Assembly: GCA_946537975.1 (NCBI GenBank)
Contig: CAMNGG010000290.1
Span: 1 to 57,815, forward strand
Length of the DNA stretch: 57,815 nucleotides
Source of the DNA: an uncultured Treponema sp.
GTDB lineage: Bacteria > Spirochaetota > Spirochaetia > Treponematales > Treponemataceae
Reading direction: 5' to 3'
The translations under genes were made by a program, and so were the position numbers. Position 1 is the stretch's first letter, and every line of letters begins with the position of its first letter. Shown one piece after another: positions 1 through 8,317 of the stretch. Under the pieces are notes generated by a model. It did no database searches and was not told the DNA's origin. It saw only the letters and a list, made by a program, of their open reading frames with translations.

Positions 1-292
1 GTTCAATACCATTTTTTTCTCTGTTTTTAATATGCTTATAAGCTTTGAATAAAGTTGATGGTCCAATTTCTGAAGCAAAAAATCCGATTCCCTGATTCCA
101 GGCAAGAAGTTCAAAAACATCATCCAGGGCCTGACTATCTATTCCATGAATGTATGCTTTTACAAGTTCTCGTGTTGCCTGACGCATTCTTCCAGCTCCT
201 ACAGCATTTGTAAGAGATAATAAAAGTCTGGTTTCATAAGGAAGATAACGCTTTTTATTATTCCATGTAAGGTCCCAAAAGTTTACGGCTAC
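1..292 (-). pseudogene. 3' part of an interrupted CMD/AhpD-like (carboxymuconolactone decarboxylase-like) gene; runs off the window edge
   Basis: Open frame VAVNFWDLTWNNKKRYLPYETRLLLSLTNAVGAGRMRQATRELVKAYIHGIDSQALDDVFELLAWNQG... with an in-frame TAG directly upstream and no start there; it continues the frame of 6254-6081. Family call from resemblance to the CMD helical motif. Confidence 0.7.
273..292 (+). repeat. Left copy of 20-bp direct repeat TCCCAAAAGTTTACGGCTAC
   Basis: Exact match to 6085-6104; extends to 24 bp with 1 mismatch (269-292 vs 6081-6104). Confidence 0.95.
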
Positions 293-294
293 CT

Positions 295-462
295 AAGATT
301 TTATATGAGACTTATATTAAGTGGTGTGCTAAGAATAATGAAAAGATTATGACGCAGAAATGGCTGGCGCTGAGGATGCAGGAAAAAGGACTTAAGTGAA
401 TGGCGAGCAACGGGCAGCGAATGTGGCTGGGGCTTGTGTTGAGGGATGAATGGAGAAGTTAG
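295..462 (+). pseudogene. C-terminal remnant of a P4/D5-family phage/plasmid primase (winged-helix tail)
   Basis: KILYETYIKWCAKNNEKIMTQKWLALRMQEKGLK*MASNGQRMWLGLVLRDEWRS* resembles the LYxxYxxWCxxNxE...G...R.W.G tail of P4-type primases; internal TGA at 397; no N-terminus. Confidence 0.6.
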
Positions 463-470
463 AGCAAGAG

Positions 471-518
471 GCTCTCCCCGATAGCGAAAGGCGTGACTGC
501 CTGGACATCGGAGAGAGC
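471..518. terminator. Branched stem-loop between the convergent primase remnant and KAP gene (possible terminator or structured RNA)
   Basis: GCTCTCCCCGAT (471-482) pairs with ATCGGAGAGAGC (507-518), 11/12 bp; inner hairpin AGGC-gtgact-GCCT. Confidence 0.4.
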
Positions 519-543
519 TTTGGAAGCTGATTTACAAGTATAA

Positions 544-2400
544 CTAATATCTTGGTCTAGTAGCTATTTGCTGGAGCGACAAAGCTATTTGTGATTTAAG
601 AGTTTGAAATGCTTTAATTTTACAAACATCTTTATAGCCTTCAACAAAGAATTCTTTTTTTTCTAAATCTTGCAATTTATTATCAATTAGAGTATTTAAT
701 TCTTGCAACGGAATTTCTTCAGATTTATACACATCATAGGCATTTGTACAACAAATAATTGTTGTATTTAAGATTGATGAAATGAAGAATAATTCATTAT
801 TTGATAAAGTTAGAAAATAACTAATTTGATTGTTATTATAAAATAACGAAAATAAAGTACAATGATTTCGATTAACAAAAAAATTATCGTTATATGAACA
901 ACCTTTAATTGCTTCAATAGCTTGTTGAATTAAATCTTTATCAGATATTTTTAAGTATTTTGAATATTCATTTTTCAATTTTTTATCAAAATTACTTGTA
1001 AAAGTAGGTAAATTATTTGTACCACTTATTTTATAAAAATCAAAATTTTCAAATAGAACATCTTTATTTTTTTTATCGAAAATAGAATCTATAATTAACT
1101 TATTTGCCTCTTTTTCTGTAATTATTGGAAAACTCTTTATATACGGAATAAAATAAGATTTTAGAGAATCTAAATCTCTTATATTATAAGATAATTGCTT
1201 TAGGTTATTTACAACCTCTTTTAATTTTATAATTAATACATCTGATTCTAATTTTTGAGCATTTCTTGTAATATAGTATAAAGGATCTTCTTTATTTAAG
1301 GGTATTAACAAATCATGTAATAATGTGTTCTTATCTAGTAAACCATCAAAAACAAGATTTATAACAGATTCTAATTTTAGTAAACGATAATTACCAGTTG
1401 AATAATCTTTTAAAAATTTCTGGTAATCATTTAGTTCTTCTTTTTCATCATATAATGATAAAGATGGATAAAGATTTATAGCACCTTGTAATTCTTCTTT
1501 ACAAGTTTTTCCATCGCTATATAATTTTGTATAGGCACATAATGAATAAAAACATTCTACCGGTGAATAATAATCTTCTTTATTAGAAAATTCATTATAC
1601 ATAAATATCATTTCAGAAAGATAATCACATGCTGTTTTTACAGTCCTTAAATTTGGTTGCACTTCAAAAAAGGCATTATTTAAAGGATCTAACAAATCTG
1701 GTATACCATCTAAAAGAGGTATTGATTTTATTATACTTTTAAAGACTTTATTTTTGTCTGGAATATATTTATAGGTTCGTCTTATATATTTTTCTTTTTC
1801 CGCTTTATAATTATCTCTGTCTAATAATTCAGCTTCGTTAGCAATATAAACAATTTTAATATTATTAAGAATAAAACAATTATTCAGAGTTCCTAATAAG
1901 TCTGTAATATCAATTTTATCAGAAACTCGTTCTAAATCATCAAGAAACAATATTGATTTCTTAATTCTTTCTTGTTTTTTTAATGATAAATTCATAATAA
2001 ATGAGAAAATATCTGAAGAAATAGAAGAACATGTATTTAAAATATTCTTTGTTGTAGGGTCATTAACAAAATCAATTAGTGAACTTTTAGTCTTATCTAA
2101 TTCTTTAAATATTTTATATACATTTGAATTTTTGTCGTATCTTAATAAAAGATTGCAAAATAAATTTGAAGCTGTCGATTTTATATCATTTATTCCATTT
2201 AGAGAAAAATAAATAAATGTATAATCAGTATAATTTTTTGACAGTTCATCAATAAACTTTTTAATATAATAACTTTTACCTGCACCCCAAGGTGCATCTA
2301 ATAACATTGCATAATCAGGATTTTCTGTTTCTTGATATTTTATAACAAGTTTCTTAAAAGAATCATTTTTACATATTTTTTCTTTTATTTCATCAGTCAT
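544..2400 (-). CDS. KAP-family P-loop NTPase
   Basis: 618 aa; Walker A LLDAPWGAGKS, Walker B ILFLDDLER; very AT-rich. Confidence 0.8.
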   Translation of the reverse strand: MTDEIKEKICKNDSFKKLVIKYQETENPDYAMLLDAPWGAGKSYYIKKFIDELSKNYTDYTFIYFSLNGINDIKSTASNLFCNLLLRYDKNSNVYKIFKELDKTKSSLIDFVNDPTTKNILNTCSSISSDIFSFIMNLSLKKQERIKKSILFLDDLERVSDKIDITDLLGTLNNCFILNNIKIVYIANEAELLDRDNYKAEKEKYIRRTYKYIPDKNKVFKSIIKSIPLLDGIPDLLDPLNNAFFEVQPNLRTVKTACDYLSEMIFMYNEFSNKEDYYSPVECFYSLCAYTKLYSDGKTCKEELQGAINLYPSLSLYDEKEELNDYQKFLKDYSTGNYRLLKLESVINLVFDGLLDKNTLLHDLLIPLNKEDPLYYITRNAQKLESDVLIIKLKEVVNNLKQLSYNIRDLDSLKSYFIPYIKSFPIITEKEANKLIIDSIFDKKNKDVLFENFDFYKISGTNNLPTFTSNFDKKLKNEYSKYLKISDKDLIQQAIEAIKGCSYNDNFFVNRNHCTLFSLFYNNNQISYFLTLSNNELFFISSILNTTIICCTNAYDVYKSEEIPLQELNTLIDNKLQDLEKKEFFVEGYKDVCKIKAFQTLKSQIALSLQQIATRPRY

Positions 2401-2554
2401 TTTTTTTATTCCTTTTTTTAATTTATTTTAATTTTTTATTATCTATAAATCTATACTTAACATTCTATAATAAACATTTATTAAAACATTTTTTCATGGT
2501 AATATATAAGAGAACTTAGAAATCGTCTTTATAATTTTTAATTAGGAGATTTTA

Positions 2555-2842
2555 ATGAAAAAGAAGATTCTTTTTGTATGTTTTATATTTTTAACACTTT
2601 ACTATACTTTTGCACAGAACCTTGATTTTAAGTATTTTTCGGATTATTCAAAAGATTTTTCAGCTGTCGAAATAAAAGATTTTTTAAGACGTTATATTTC
2701 CGAAAAAGAAGCAAAAGATTTCCGAAATACAAATAATGAAGATCAACTTGAAGAAGAAATAAAAAATGGTATTAATGAAAAAATACTTTCTTCCGGAAGA
2801 ATAAGAGATGTTGTTTTTCAACAAAAAGATGTAATAGAATAA
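2555..2842 (+). CDS. Hypothetical secreted protein, possibly truncated
   Basis: AGGAG RBS; signal-peptide-like N-terminus MKKKILFVCFIFLTLYYTFA. Confidence 0.55.
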   Translation: MKKKILFVCFIFLTLYYTFAQNLDFKYFSDYSKDFSAVEIKDFLRRYISEKEAKDFRNTNNEDQLEEEIKNGINEKILSSGRIRDVVFQQKDVIE

Positions 2843-2847
2843 AAAAT

Positions 2848-2883
2848 AACCACAGGCATTTTTACCTGCGGTTTTCATTTTTT
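2848..2883 (+). terminator. Probable intrinsic terminator
   Basis: AACCACAGG...CCTGCGGTT imperfect stem followed by a T-rich tract, just after the 2842 stop. Confidence 0.45.
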
Positions 2884-3071
2884 AGGGAAAATAAAAATGG
2901 CGTCTCGGCTTTTTACGGCACCTCAAAACACCAGACAGTGTGGCTGAAAAAATGCAGTACTACTTATGTAATAAAGGTATATTCAAAGTTGATTTATTTT
3001 TCAAAACCCCGTAAGAATACACGACCCATTAATTCTCTTCCACCACAAAGGAGTAAGAAACTAAGTAAACG

Positions 3072-3407
3072 TTAGTACTCGTAGTCTACGCCGCACCAGC
3101 CCGATGAATCATAACAAGAATCGTGGAAGTCAGCTTCCTGTTCATATTCCTGCTGATTATACAGTTTATCACATTTACTCTGGATTCTTCGCAATTCCTG
3201 GATGACATTTTCTTCTGAAATACAAGTCTGAAGTTTTACAACTTTCCTTGTTATTTTGTTGTAAAGCTCATCATTTGCATAAGGCCATTTTTTTACAACA
3301 AGTCCATAATAGGAACGAAGCTGCTGGACGTCCTTAACACAATTGTGCTTTCTTGATTCAGGCAATGCCTCCAAATAATTGAAAAAATCTTTAAGTTTCT
3401 TTTTCAT
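3072..3407 (-). CDS. Hypothetical protein
   Basis: 111 aa ORF with strong AAGGAGG RBS. Confidence 0.65.
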   Translation of the reverse strand: MKKKLKDFFNYLEALPESRKHNCVKDVQQLRSYYGLVVKKWPYANDELYNKITRKVVKLQTCISEENVIQELRRIQSKCDKLYNQQEYEQEADFHDSCYDSSGWCGVDYEY

Positions 3408-3543
3408 AGAAACCTCCTTAAAAAATGAACTAAAAGAACATTACTGTTCCTAATCACAATTTAAGGTATTTAAAATATAACAATAGAAGTCTGATTTTTC
3501 AATACTGTAATTGCAATAATTATTATAAAGAACCTTAAAAATA

Positions 3544-4731
3544 CTATTCAACCATTTGAAATACATATGTATTTACTTCTTCTATACCATAGTAATTTCT
3601 TGTAGTGTAAGTTGCATTTTTTATGTACTTTAATTTATATGAACCAGAAATTGAAGGATTATTTGTAATTACATAACAATATTTTGAATATTCTAAAGGC
3701 ATATAAAAACCGACCAATAAAATCCAATTATCCCCATCACGTTGATAATCAACTATATTTAATTTCATTGAATCTTGTGAAGACAAAGAAATAATATCAC
3801 CTTTTTTAAAAGGAAGACCATTCAAGAAATCAAAAGAACCTACCTGCAGATAACCAAGTAAATTATCTGGAGATGTTCTTTTTTCATAATTTTCCATTTC
3901 TTCTATCGACGTAAAACCTTTTTTTATAGCTTCTTTTGTACGCATTCGATCAACTACTTCTCTACTTTCATGATCAATAGTTTTTAAATATGCTAAATCG
4001 TCTTTAGGAATAGAATCATAACCATAAGATATTTGGTTTCCTGTATAAAATGCATAAACAGCGTTAGAATATAAATCCCAAGTTCTATCAATATCTCCAT
4101 TATCTTCTGATAATCGAGCTAGAATCAAAAATGCGTTACTTCTAGATTTTTTAATTATTTTTATTAGTTTATAATCAGTAATAGGTTGTTTTCGGTATGA
4201 CTGAAGAAATGATAAAGAAACAGCACCAATCAAATTAGCAGTTTGTGAATATGTAACTTCAAGGTAGGCAGGATCACATAATAATGCATAAGCAAGATCT
4301 ACTGATGTTTCTAACTCATGTTCATCTTCAGTACAAGCCCATAAAGCTATATGTGCGAAATAAGTTTCATATTGTTTTATTGATTCTTCAAATAATTCCT
4401 TTGCTTTATCTTTATGACCTATAGAATATTCATAAATACCTTTATAATAAAAATAAACCGATTCGTAATTAAAATTTTTGTTTGCAAGTTTATCGGATAC
4501 TAGTAAATCTTGCTCAAAATTATATGATAAATTATCTGAAATTGAAAAGACTTTTGATTCTATCTCATTGACAATTTTAAAGTATGTTTTTTCAGCATTT
4601 TTAAATTTCCCTTTTTCATAAAACTTGTCCCCATTACTTATATTTTTATCAATTAAATTCGTTGTTGGTTCTGCATACATAATGAATAAATTGCATAAGA
4701 AACAAAAAATTAAAAAGAAAATTCGTCGCAT
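3544..4731 (-). CDS. Secreted TPR-like repeat protein
   Basis: Signal peptide, GGAGG RBS, TPR-like helices (GDKFYEKGKFKNAEKTY; YFYYKGIYEYSIGHKDKAKELFEESI). Confidence 0.65.
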   Translation of the reverse strand: MRRIFFLIFCFLCNLFIMYAEPTTNLIDKNISNGDKFYEKGKFKNAEKTYFKIVNEIESKVFSISDNLSYNFEQDLLVSDKLANKNFNYESVYFYYKGIYEYSIGHKDKAKELFEESIKQYETYFAHIALWACTEDEHELETSVDLAYALLCDPAYLEVTYSQTANLIGAVSLSFLQSYRKQPITDYKLIKIIKKSRSNAFLILARLSEDNGDIDRTWDLYSNAVYAFYTGNQISYGYDSIPKDDLAYLKTIDHESREVVDRMRTKEAIKKGFTSIEEMENYEKRTSPDNLLGYLQVGSFDFLNGLPFKKGDIISLSSQDSMKLNIVDYQRDGDNWILLVGFYMPLEYSKYCYVITNNPSISGSYKLKYIKNATYTTRNYYGIEEVNTYVFQMVE

Positions 4732-4883
4732 TTTTTACCTCCAAGAATTCATTTCGTTTTCTTGATAAAAATCGTATGCTGCAAAAAAATGTCAGTATAA
4801 GAGTTTTACTTGAATTCGTTTTCTCTTATTTTATCATAAAATAATGTTAAAAGATAGGATTTTACACGGATATTGATAAACTG

Positions 4884-5084
4884 TTAATCAACTACAGGAA
4901 TACAATTTATATCCGTCGTAACATTTGGACTGAGAACTTCTCTTTTCATTTGCCAACCGTCGTGAGTCCAGAATTTTGTGATGGTTATAGAGCCTCGGCC
5001 GTAGGAGCTTGTAATCTGATCTACAGCATCCATGAGCTTTCGTTTTTTGATGTCTTCTTTGGGATCTATCCAGAGCCAGCCCTG
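4884..5084 (-). pseudogene. umuC: 3' remnant of a Y-family polymerase umuC (DUF4113-type tail)
   Basis: LMDAVDQITSSYGRGSI...WQMKREVLSPNVTTDINCIPVV matches the UmuC C-terminal motif; catalytic domain absent. Confidence 0.75.
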
Positions 5085-5192
5085 GAATTGGACGAACAAA
5101 AGATTTATGAACTGCATCTTTCTAGGTTATAAAAATTTAATTGAAAACTGATGATATTTGTGTTATTAAATATAAAAGTTTAAGGACAAAAA

Positions 5193-5636
5193 ATGACAAT
5201 AGAAAGAGTTGATGTAAATAATTATTCACTTTTTGAAGATATGATTTACTGGCGCGAAAATGGGATTGAAAGAAGTCCTGCCGGTCCTTCAATTTCTGAA
5301 CAGATGAAAAATGAATTAAACAATCCAACCTTATATATATATGCAGCGTTGGAAAATGGCCGATATGTTGGCTGGATTTCACTTGTATATATTCCGAAAG
5401 TTGGACAAAGATGGAATGGGCATGGTCATATTTATGTTGATGAATTATGGGTTGAACCAGGTTTCCGAGGTAAAGGTTTTGCTAAAACTCTTATGAAAAA
5501 AGCTGATGACTTGAAGTCTGAATTAAATGCAACTGGCATTAGATTGTATGTAAATGTAAATAATCCTACAGCAATTAAACTCTATGAGAATAGTGGCTTT
5601 CATAAAGATGGTAATACATATTTTATGGAAAAATAA
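5193..5636 (+). CDS. GNAT-family N-acetyltransferase
   Basis: Motif A LWVEPGFRGKGFAKTLM; motif B NPTAIKLYENSGF. Confidence 0.9.
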   Translation: MTIERVDVNNYSLFEDMIYWRENGIERSPAGPSISEQMKNELNNPTLYIYAALENGRYVGWISLVYIPKVGQRWNGHGHIYVDELWVEPGFRGKGFAKTLMKKADDLKSELNATGIRLYVNVNNPTAIKLYENSGFHKDGNTYFMEK

Positions 5637-5650
5637 AATCAGGAAATCAA

Positions 5651-5854
5651 ATGACTATCAGAGAATTTGTAAAAAAAAGTATAGAATATGATCGTTATCG
5701 AAAACATGGAACCTGGGGAAAGTATCTGGTTTATCATGTCTGGAATAAAGAATGGGAAGGTGCAAAGATTGGATTCCCGCATTTTGCTCTAGTTGATGGT
5801 GAAAATATACGAATAGCTAACAATGATGAAACCATGAAGATTATGGGATTATAA
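5651..5854 (+). CDS. Small hypothetical protein
   Basis: AGGA RBS; tightly follows the GNAT gene. Confidence 0.55.
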   Translation: MTIREFVKKSIEYDRYRKHGTWGKYLVYHVWNKEWEGAKIGFPHFALVDGENIRIANNDETMKIMGL

Positions 5855-5858
5855 TAAC

Positions 5859-6062
5859 ATGATAGAACACATGACAAGAAAAACTGTAAATTATGATGTG
5901 ATTTATATTGGAGAAACATATGATGATGCAGAGCATGGTAAAACTTATAAATGCATCGCAGAATGGTATGATTCTGAAGGGAAATTTGATTCTATTTCAA
6001 TGATAGATGAAACTGGAGAAGATTATATTTACGATGTAAGTGATTTCAAAAAACTTCAATAA
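5859..6062 (+). CDS. Small hypothetical protein
   Basis: 4 bp after previous stop; YIGE...GKTY...IDETGEDYIY pattern; ends 22 bp before the right direct repeat. Confidence 0.55.
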   Translation: MIEHMTRKTVNYDVIYIGETYDDAEHGKTYKCIAEWYDSEGKFDSISMIDETGEDYIYDVSDFKKLQ

Positions 6063-6080
6063 TTTTCCCCCGTGCCCCCA

Positions 6081-6254
6081 AAGATCCCAAAAGTTTACGG
6101 CTACATTCCCCAGCTCTTCATCAATCATCGGAAAATTAAGAAGTGCTGCCGGACGAAAAGGAATATCCATTCCTTTTTCATCTATTTTCGCACGATAAAA
6201 ATATACATGCCATTCATTTTCAGAAAACTGCTTGCCAATCTCTGTTGTATACAA
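6081..6254 (-). pseudogene. 5' part of the interrupted CMD/AhpD-like gene
   Basis: AGAGAGG RBS then TTG at 6254: (M)YTTEIGKQFSENEWHVYFYRAKIDEKGMDIPFRPAALLNFPMIDEELGNVAVNFWDL; VAVNFWDL is shared with the 1-292 fragment. Confidence 0.7.
6085..6104 (+). repeat. Right copy of 20-bp direct repeat
   Basis: Exact match to 273-292. Confidence 0.95.
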
Positions 6255-6306
6255 GTCTGTCTTCCTCTCTCTACAGAAACGTCTGAATTGATTCGTTATA
6301 TTTTTT

Positions 6307-6375
6307 TGTAATAATTTTCGTAATTTATTTTCGTAAAATTGCATATTTTCGTAATTTGTGCTATTATTTTCGTAA
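6307..6375 (+). repeat. Four ATTTTCGTAA direct repeats (plus one degenerate) upstream of the 6400 gene
   Basis: Copies at 6314, 6327, 6345 and 6366; degenerate TTTTTGTAA ending at 6311. Confidence 0.8.
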
Positions 6376-6399
6376 AATGATGTTTTTGGAGGATAAATC

Positions 6400-7842
6400 A
6401 TGCAGGAATCTGAATTAATTGAACTGATTACTAAAATCAAGGAAAGAAAAACTGAGACTTCAAAAATAGAATTTAAAAGTGCAAAAGGTGGTACTCCGGA
6501 AAAGCTTTATGACAGTTTTTCAAGCTTTTCTAATACCGAAGGCGGAATCATCATTTTTGGAATTGATGAGAAAGCCGGATACAAAGTCTGTGGTATTCAG
6601 AATCCAGACGAACTTGAGAAGAAGGTCGTTGAACAGGCAAAAGAAATGGAACCTGTTGTAAGACCTTTAATCAGCTTTTGTGAATATGAGGGAAAAACCA
6701 TTGCAGCGGCAGAAATTGCCGAAATGGATTCAATTAGTAAACCGTGCTATTACACCGGAAAAGGAAAAAGTAAAGGTTCCTATATTCGAATTGGCGATGC
6801 TGACTTACCGATGACAGAATATGAAATCTACAGTTATGATGCATTCAAATACAAAACTGAAGATGAACTTAGAACAAACAGAAGAATTGATGCTTCTCTG
6901 ATAGACCAGATTCAGCTGGATGGATTTATTGCAAAAGCAGTTTCTGTAAAACCGAACCTTATGAATATGGATAAGAAAACTCTTGGTACATTAAACGGGC
7001 TTTCTGACAAGGAAGGAAATCCGACAGTCTGTGGAATAATGCTGTTTGGAAAATATCCTCAGTATCTTTCTCCAAATCTTGATATTGTTGCTGTTGTTTG
7101 CGCATCCAATACTTATGCAGAGGAGGCTTCTACTGGTGAACGTTTTCTTGTAAACAAGAGGCTTGACGGAACAATACCTCAAATGCTGGAAAGTGCTCTT
7201 TCTTTCGTTCAGCAGAATATGAAAATTTCAACTGTAGTTGATGAAACCGGTCACCGTAATGATGTCTATGAATATCCTGTAAAAGCCATTCGCGAAATTA
7301 TTTTGAATGCCCTGATTCATCGGGACTACAGCATTCATACAGAAAACGAACCTGTTCGAATAGAAATGTATCCGAATCGAATTGAGGTTTCAAATCCGGG
7401 CGGATTATACGGTCGGCTTACACTTGATGAACTAGGAAAAACTAAAGCAGATGTCAGAAATCCATTTATTGCCGCTGCTCTGGAAATCTTAAATACGACA
7501 GAAAACAGATACTCTGGTATTCCAACAATCTATGCAGAAATGAAAAAAGCAGGCTTACTTGAGCCAAAATTTGAAAATACGAGAGGAACATTTAAAGTCA
7601 CTCTCTATAATGAAAAAAAATCTGAAAATCGATTAACAGAAGAGATAATAGATTTTTGCCGGAAACCAAGATCAAAAGAAGTGATTGCTAAACAGTTTGG
7701 TTTTGACGAAAAGCATCCTGCATATTTTGTGAAGAATTACATAATTCCGCTTATCGAAGAAGGTAAACTGAAATATACAATTCCTGAAAAACCGCGAAGC
7801 AAAAATCAGCAGATTGTAGTTGTTGAGAAAGCCATCCTCTGA
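6400..7842 (+). CDS. Schlafen/AlbA_2 domain + HATPase_c_4 ('RecG C-terminal-like') ATP-binding protein with C-terminal HTH-like domain
   Basis: IEFKSA...SFSNTEGGIIIFGIDE; AIREIILNALIHRDYS; IEVSNPGGL; RNPFIA; tail YTIPEKPRSKNQ. Confidence 0.85.
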   Translation: MQESELIELITKIKERKTETSKIEFKSAKGGTPEKLYDSFSSFSNTEGGIIIFGIDEKAGYKVCGIQNPDELEKKVVEQAKEMEPVVRPLISFCEYEGKTIAAAEIAEMDSISKPCYYTGKGKSKGSYIRIGDADLPMTEYEIYSYDAFKYKTEDELRTNRRIDASLIDQIQLDGFIAKAVSVKPNLMNMDKKTLGTLNGLSDKEGNPTVCGIMLFGKYPQYLSPNLDIVAVVCASNTYAEEASTGERFLVNKRLDGTIPQMLESALSFVQQNMKISTVVDETGHRNDVYEYPVKAIREIILNALIHRDYSIHTENEPVRIEMYPNRIEVSNPGGLYGRLTLDELGKTKADVRNPFIAAALEILNTTENRYSGIPTIYAEMKKAGLLEPKFENTRGTFKVTLYNEKKSENRLTEEIIDFCRKPRSKEVIAKQFGFDEKHPAYFVKNYIIPLIEEGKLKYTIPEKPRSKNQQIVVVEKAIL

Positions 7843-7886
7843 TGAGTCCTTTTTATGCTGAAGGGCAATAGTTTTTTTTCGGTATA

Positions 7887-7904
7887 ATCAGCATGCAGAA
7901 CCAT
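7887..7904 (-). pseudogene. Possible 5' stub (MVLHAD) of umuC directly after the umuD-like gene
   Basis: ATG 4 nt after the umuD stop; encodes MVLHAD like the Y-polymerase N-terminal hhHxD motif, then similarity is lost. Only 6 codons, so weak. Confidence 0.45.
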
Positions 7905-7908
7905 AGCA

Positions 7909-8223
7909 TCAGCTTTCCTTTACAGTGTGTATAACATGTGTAACAGAACCGGTGATGATAGTATCTTCCAGAGTTTTCTTTATCTTATAAACTCTGCCCA
8001 GAACAAAGTGCCCCTCAGACTCATAAACAACAAGGCTATTGGGCCTAATCTTTTTTGCCCGGTCGATAATCAGGATGTCGCCGTTATAAATCCCCATATT
8101 CATATAGCTGGAACTTTCAATCTGCATAAAAACAGTTGCAGACGGATGCCTGATGAGAACGCTGTTTAAGTCTATTCCTTTACTTTCGTAGCCCTGAGCG
8201 GGGCTTGGGAATCCTGTAATCAT
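7909..8223 (-). CDS. umuD: UmuD-like S24-fold protein (start reassigned to ATG 8223)
   Basis: MITGFPSPAQGYE...DLNSVLIRHPSATVF...GIYNGDILIIDR; TTGACA-N17-TATCAT promoter at 8258-8230 lies inside the longer ORF call. Confidence 0.75.
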   Translation of the reverse strand: MITGFPSPAQGYESKGIDLNSVLIRHPSATVFMQIESSSYMNMGIYNGDILIIDRAKKIRPNSLVVYESEGHFVLGRVYKIKKTLEDTIITGSVTHVIHTVKES

Positions 8224-8229
8224 GATTTT

Positions 8230-8310
8230 ATGATAATTCTTGTTTGGTGAATTGTCAATACAAAATATCACTAAATAGTGATTTGCTTATTTTAAATATC
8301 ATTGTATACT
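8230..8310. promoter_or_regulatory. Divergent promoters with palindromic operator ATCACTA-AA-TAGTGAT (8267-8282)
   Basis: Minus strand TTGACA(8258-8253)-N17-TATCAT(8235-8230); plus strand -10 TATACT (8305-8310); perfect 7-bp inverted repeat between them. Confidence 0.65.
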
Positions 8311-8317
8311 TGTAGGC

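Larger units (their letters stand above)
273..6104. mobile_element. ~5.8-kb inserted, decayed element interrupting the CMD-like gene
   Basis: Bounded by 20-bp direct repeats; removing 5812 bp restores one ORF; carries a primase remnant and low-GC cargo; no recombinase seen inside. Confidence 0.6.

Noticed and set aside
3436-3449. GAACA-ttac-TGTTC as a Firmicutes-type LexA box
   Set aside because: Spacing is GAAC-N6-GTTC rather than N4, and it is a single instance.
5997-6440. 147-aa ORF as an intact gene
   Set aside because: Only 6254-6081 looks genuinely coding; upstream is the repeat cluster and downstream is read-through past the insertion junction.
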